NCBI RefSeq assembly: GCF_964204865.1 | Contig: NC_135251.1 | Location: forward strand, 620,001 to 684,000 | Length of the DNA: 64,000 nt | Direction of reading: 5' to 3' | Source of the DNA: Styela clava | Lineage: Eukaryota | Shown here: one piece after another, positions 63,493 through 64,000 of the stretch | Numbering within the stretch: the first letter of the stretch is position 1 | How the letters are laid out: every line of letters begins with the position of its first letter | Notes under the pieces: generated by a model | The model's input: only the letters and a program-made list of their open reading frames with translations | What the model was told of the DNA's origin: nothing | Databases searched by the model: none | Program-made: the position numbers and the translations under genes

Positions 63493-64000
63493 GGTTAGAG
63501 GACTTTCGTGTAATTAGCGAAATCCCTCGGTTAAGATTGGGATTTTGAGGTTGTTTGAAAATACTCGATTTCAATCCAATTGTCCTCGCAGCTTGAAAAG
63601 CATAAGCTGAATTCAGGACATGAATGAAAAATTAAAATGTGACTGACAAATTCTATCGAACCCTTTTACTCAAACCATAAATTTTTGCAATGGCACTTGT
63701 TGTGATATTATGTATCATATCGAAGCTTCAAGCAATGCTTGAGTGAAAAATTAAATAAAAATAAGAAGTCCGCTGACGCCGGGGTCATAAATACGTCATG
63801 TCAACAATTCTTTAATTGGGCTTAAATAAAATATATTGGCGTTAATTACGGGTAATAACTTCATTAATCTAATTGAGACATGCTTTGCTGCCAGTTACAA
63901 TGTAGGATCTACATATGGTATTACATAAGATAGGTCGATATTTACTTGACCTTTTAACAATTCTCGCTGGTGGTACTGTAGCGTGAGGATTATGATGCTA

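Larger units (their letters stand above)
1..64000. other. Array of degenerate FGF8/17/18-like gene copies (about 50-60 candidates, both strands)
   Basis: Many independent, collinear FGF motif matches across stops/frameshifts, e.g. 23430 PNFERMLQE...KH (10/42 gapless vs FGF8), 20563 CVFRQIILLSYYLA (7/14), 53765 PVARMNIYINT..VRNRET (7/26), 56206 EASIFGRTVRWSG..PG (7/17), 55192 FKQH...QISLDLI (7/20). Confidence 0.85.

Noticed and set aside
6340-63990. Further weak FGF-like hints (~6400, 9250, 10600-11150, 13850, 16400, 29800, 33680, 37750, 38360, 39000, 46090, 48550, 56640, 58070-58900, 61860, 63930)
   Set aside because: Only one or two short motifs each; pattern over-reading is a real risk, so they are not listed as features pending an HMM search.
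1-64000. Frameshifts as sequencing or assembly errors hiding intact genes
   Set aside because: TIRs, TSDs and recent duplicates are largely indel-free and in-frame stops are common. Single homopolymer errors cannot be excluded without reads.

Overview
AT-rich animal genomic DNA with GT-AG intron signals, many MITEs and tRNA-SINE fragments. The repeat families look ascidian (Styela-like) from memory; this is unverified. No long intact gene is present and the ORF track looks uninformative at first. Translating all six frames across stops and frameshifts shows that the window is a dense array of very divergent, mostly disrupted fibroblast growth factor-like gene copies: about 50-60 candidates, roughly one per kb, on both strands, with FGF8/17/18 as the best match. 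Motifs recur in correct FGF order: signal peptide, R-x-K/R-R furin site, (P)NF..H/Y, L-S-R..I-R-x-Y/F-Q-L-Y-S..SGKH, DG..F/Y-AKL...FG..VRI...ET..Y-I/L-C-M, C-x-F, N-Y-T, W/Y..F/N..G.P, V-H-F. A better-conserved ~110-130 bp repeat (about 11 copies) translates as a signal-peptide/propeptide leader and often lies just upstream of FGF cores. MITEs with intact target-site duplications are inserted into several copies. All protein comparisons were made by eye against recalled vertebrate FGF sequences. The family-level call is strong because many independent gapless, correctly ordered matches occur. Individual weak copies and their boundaries are approximate.
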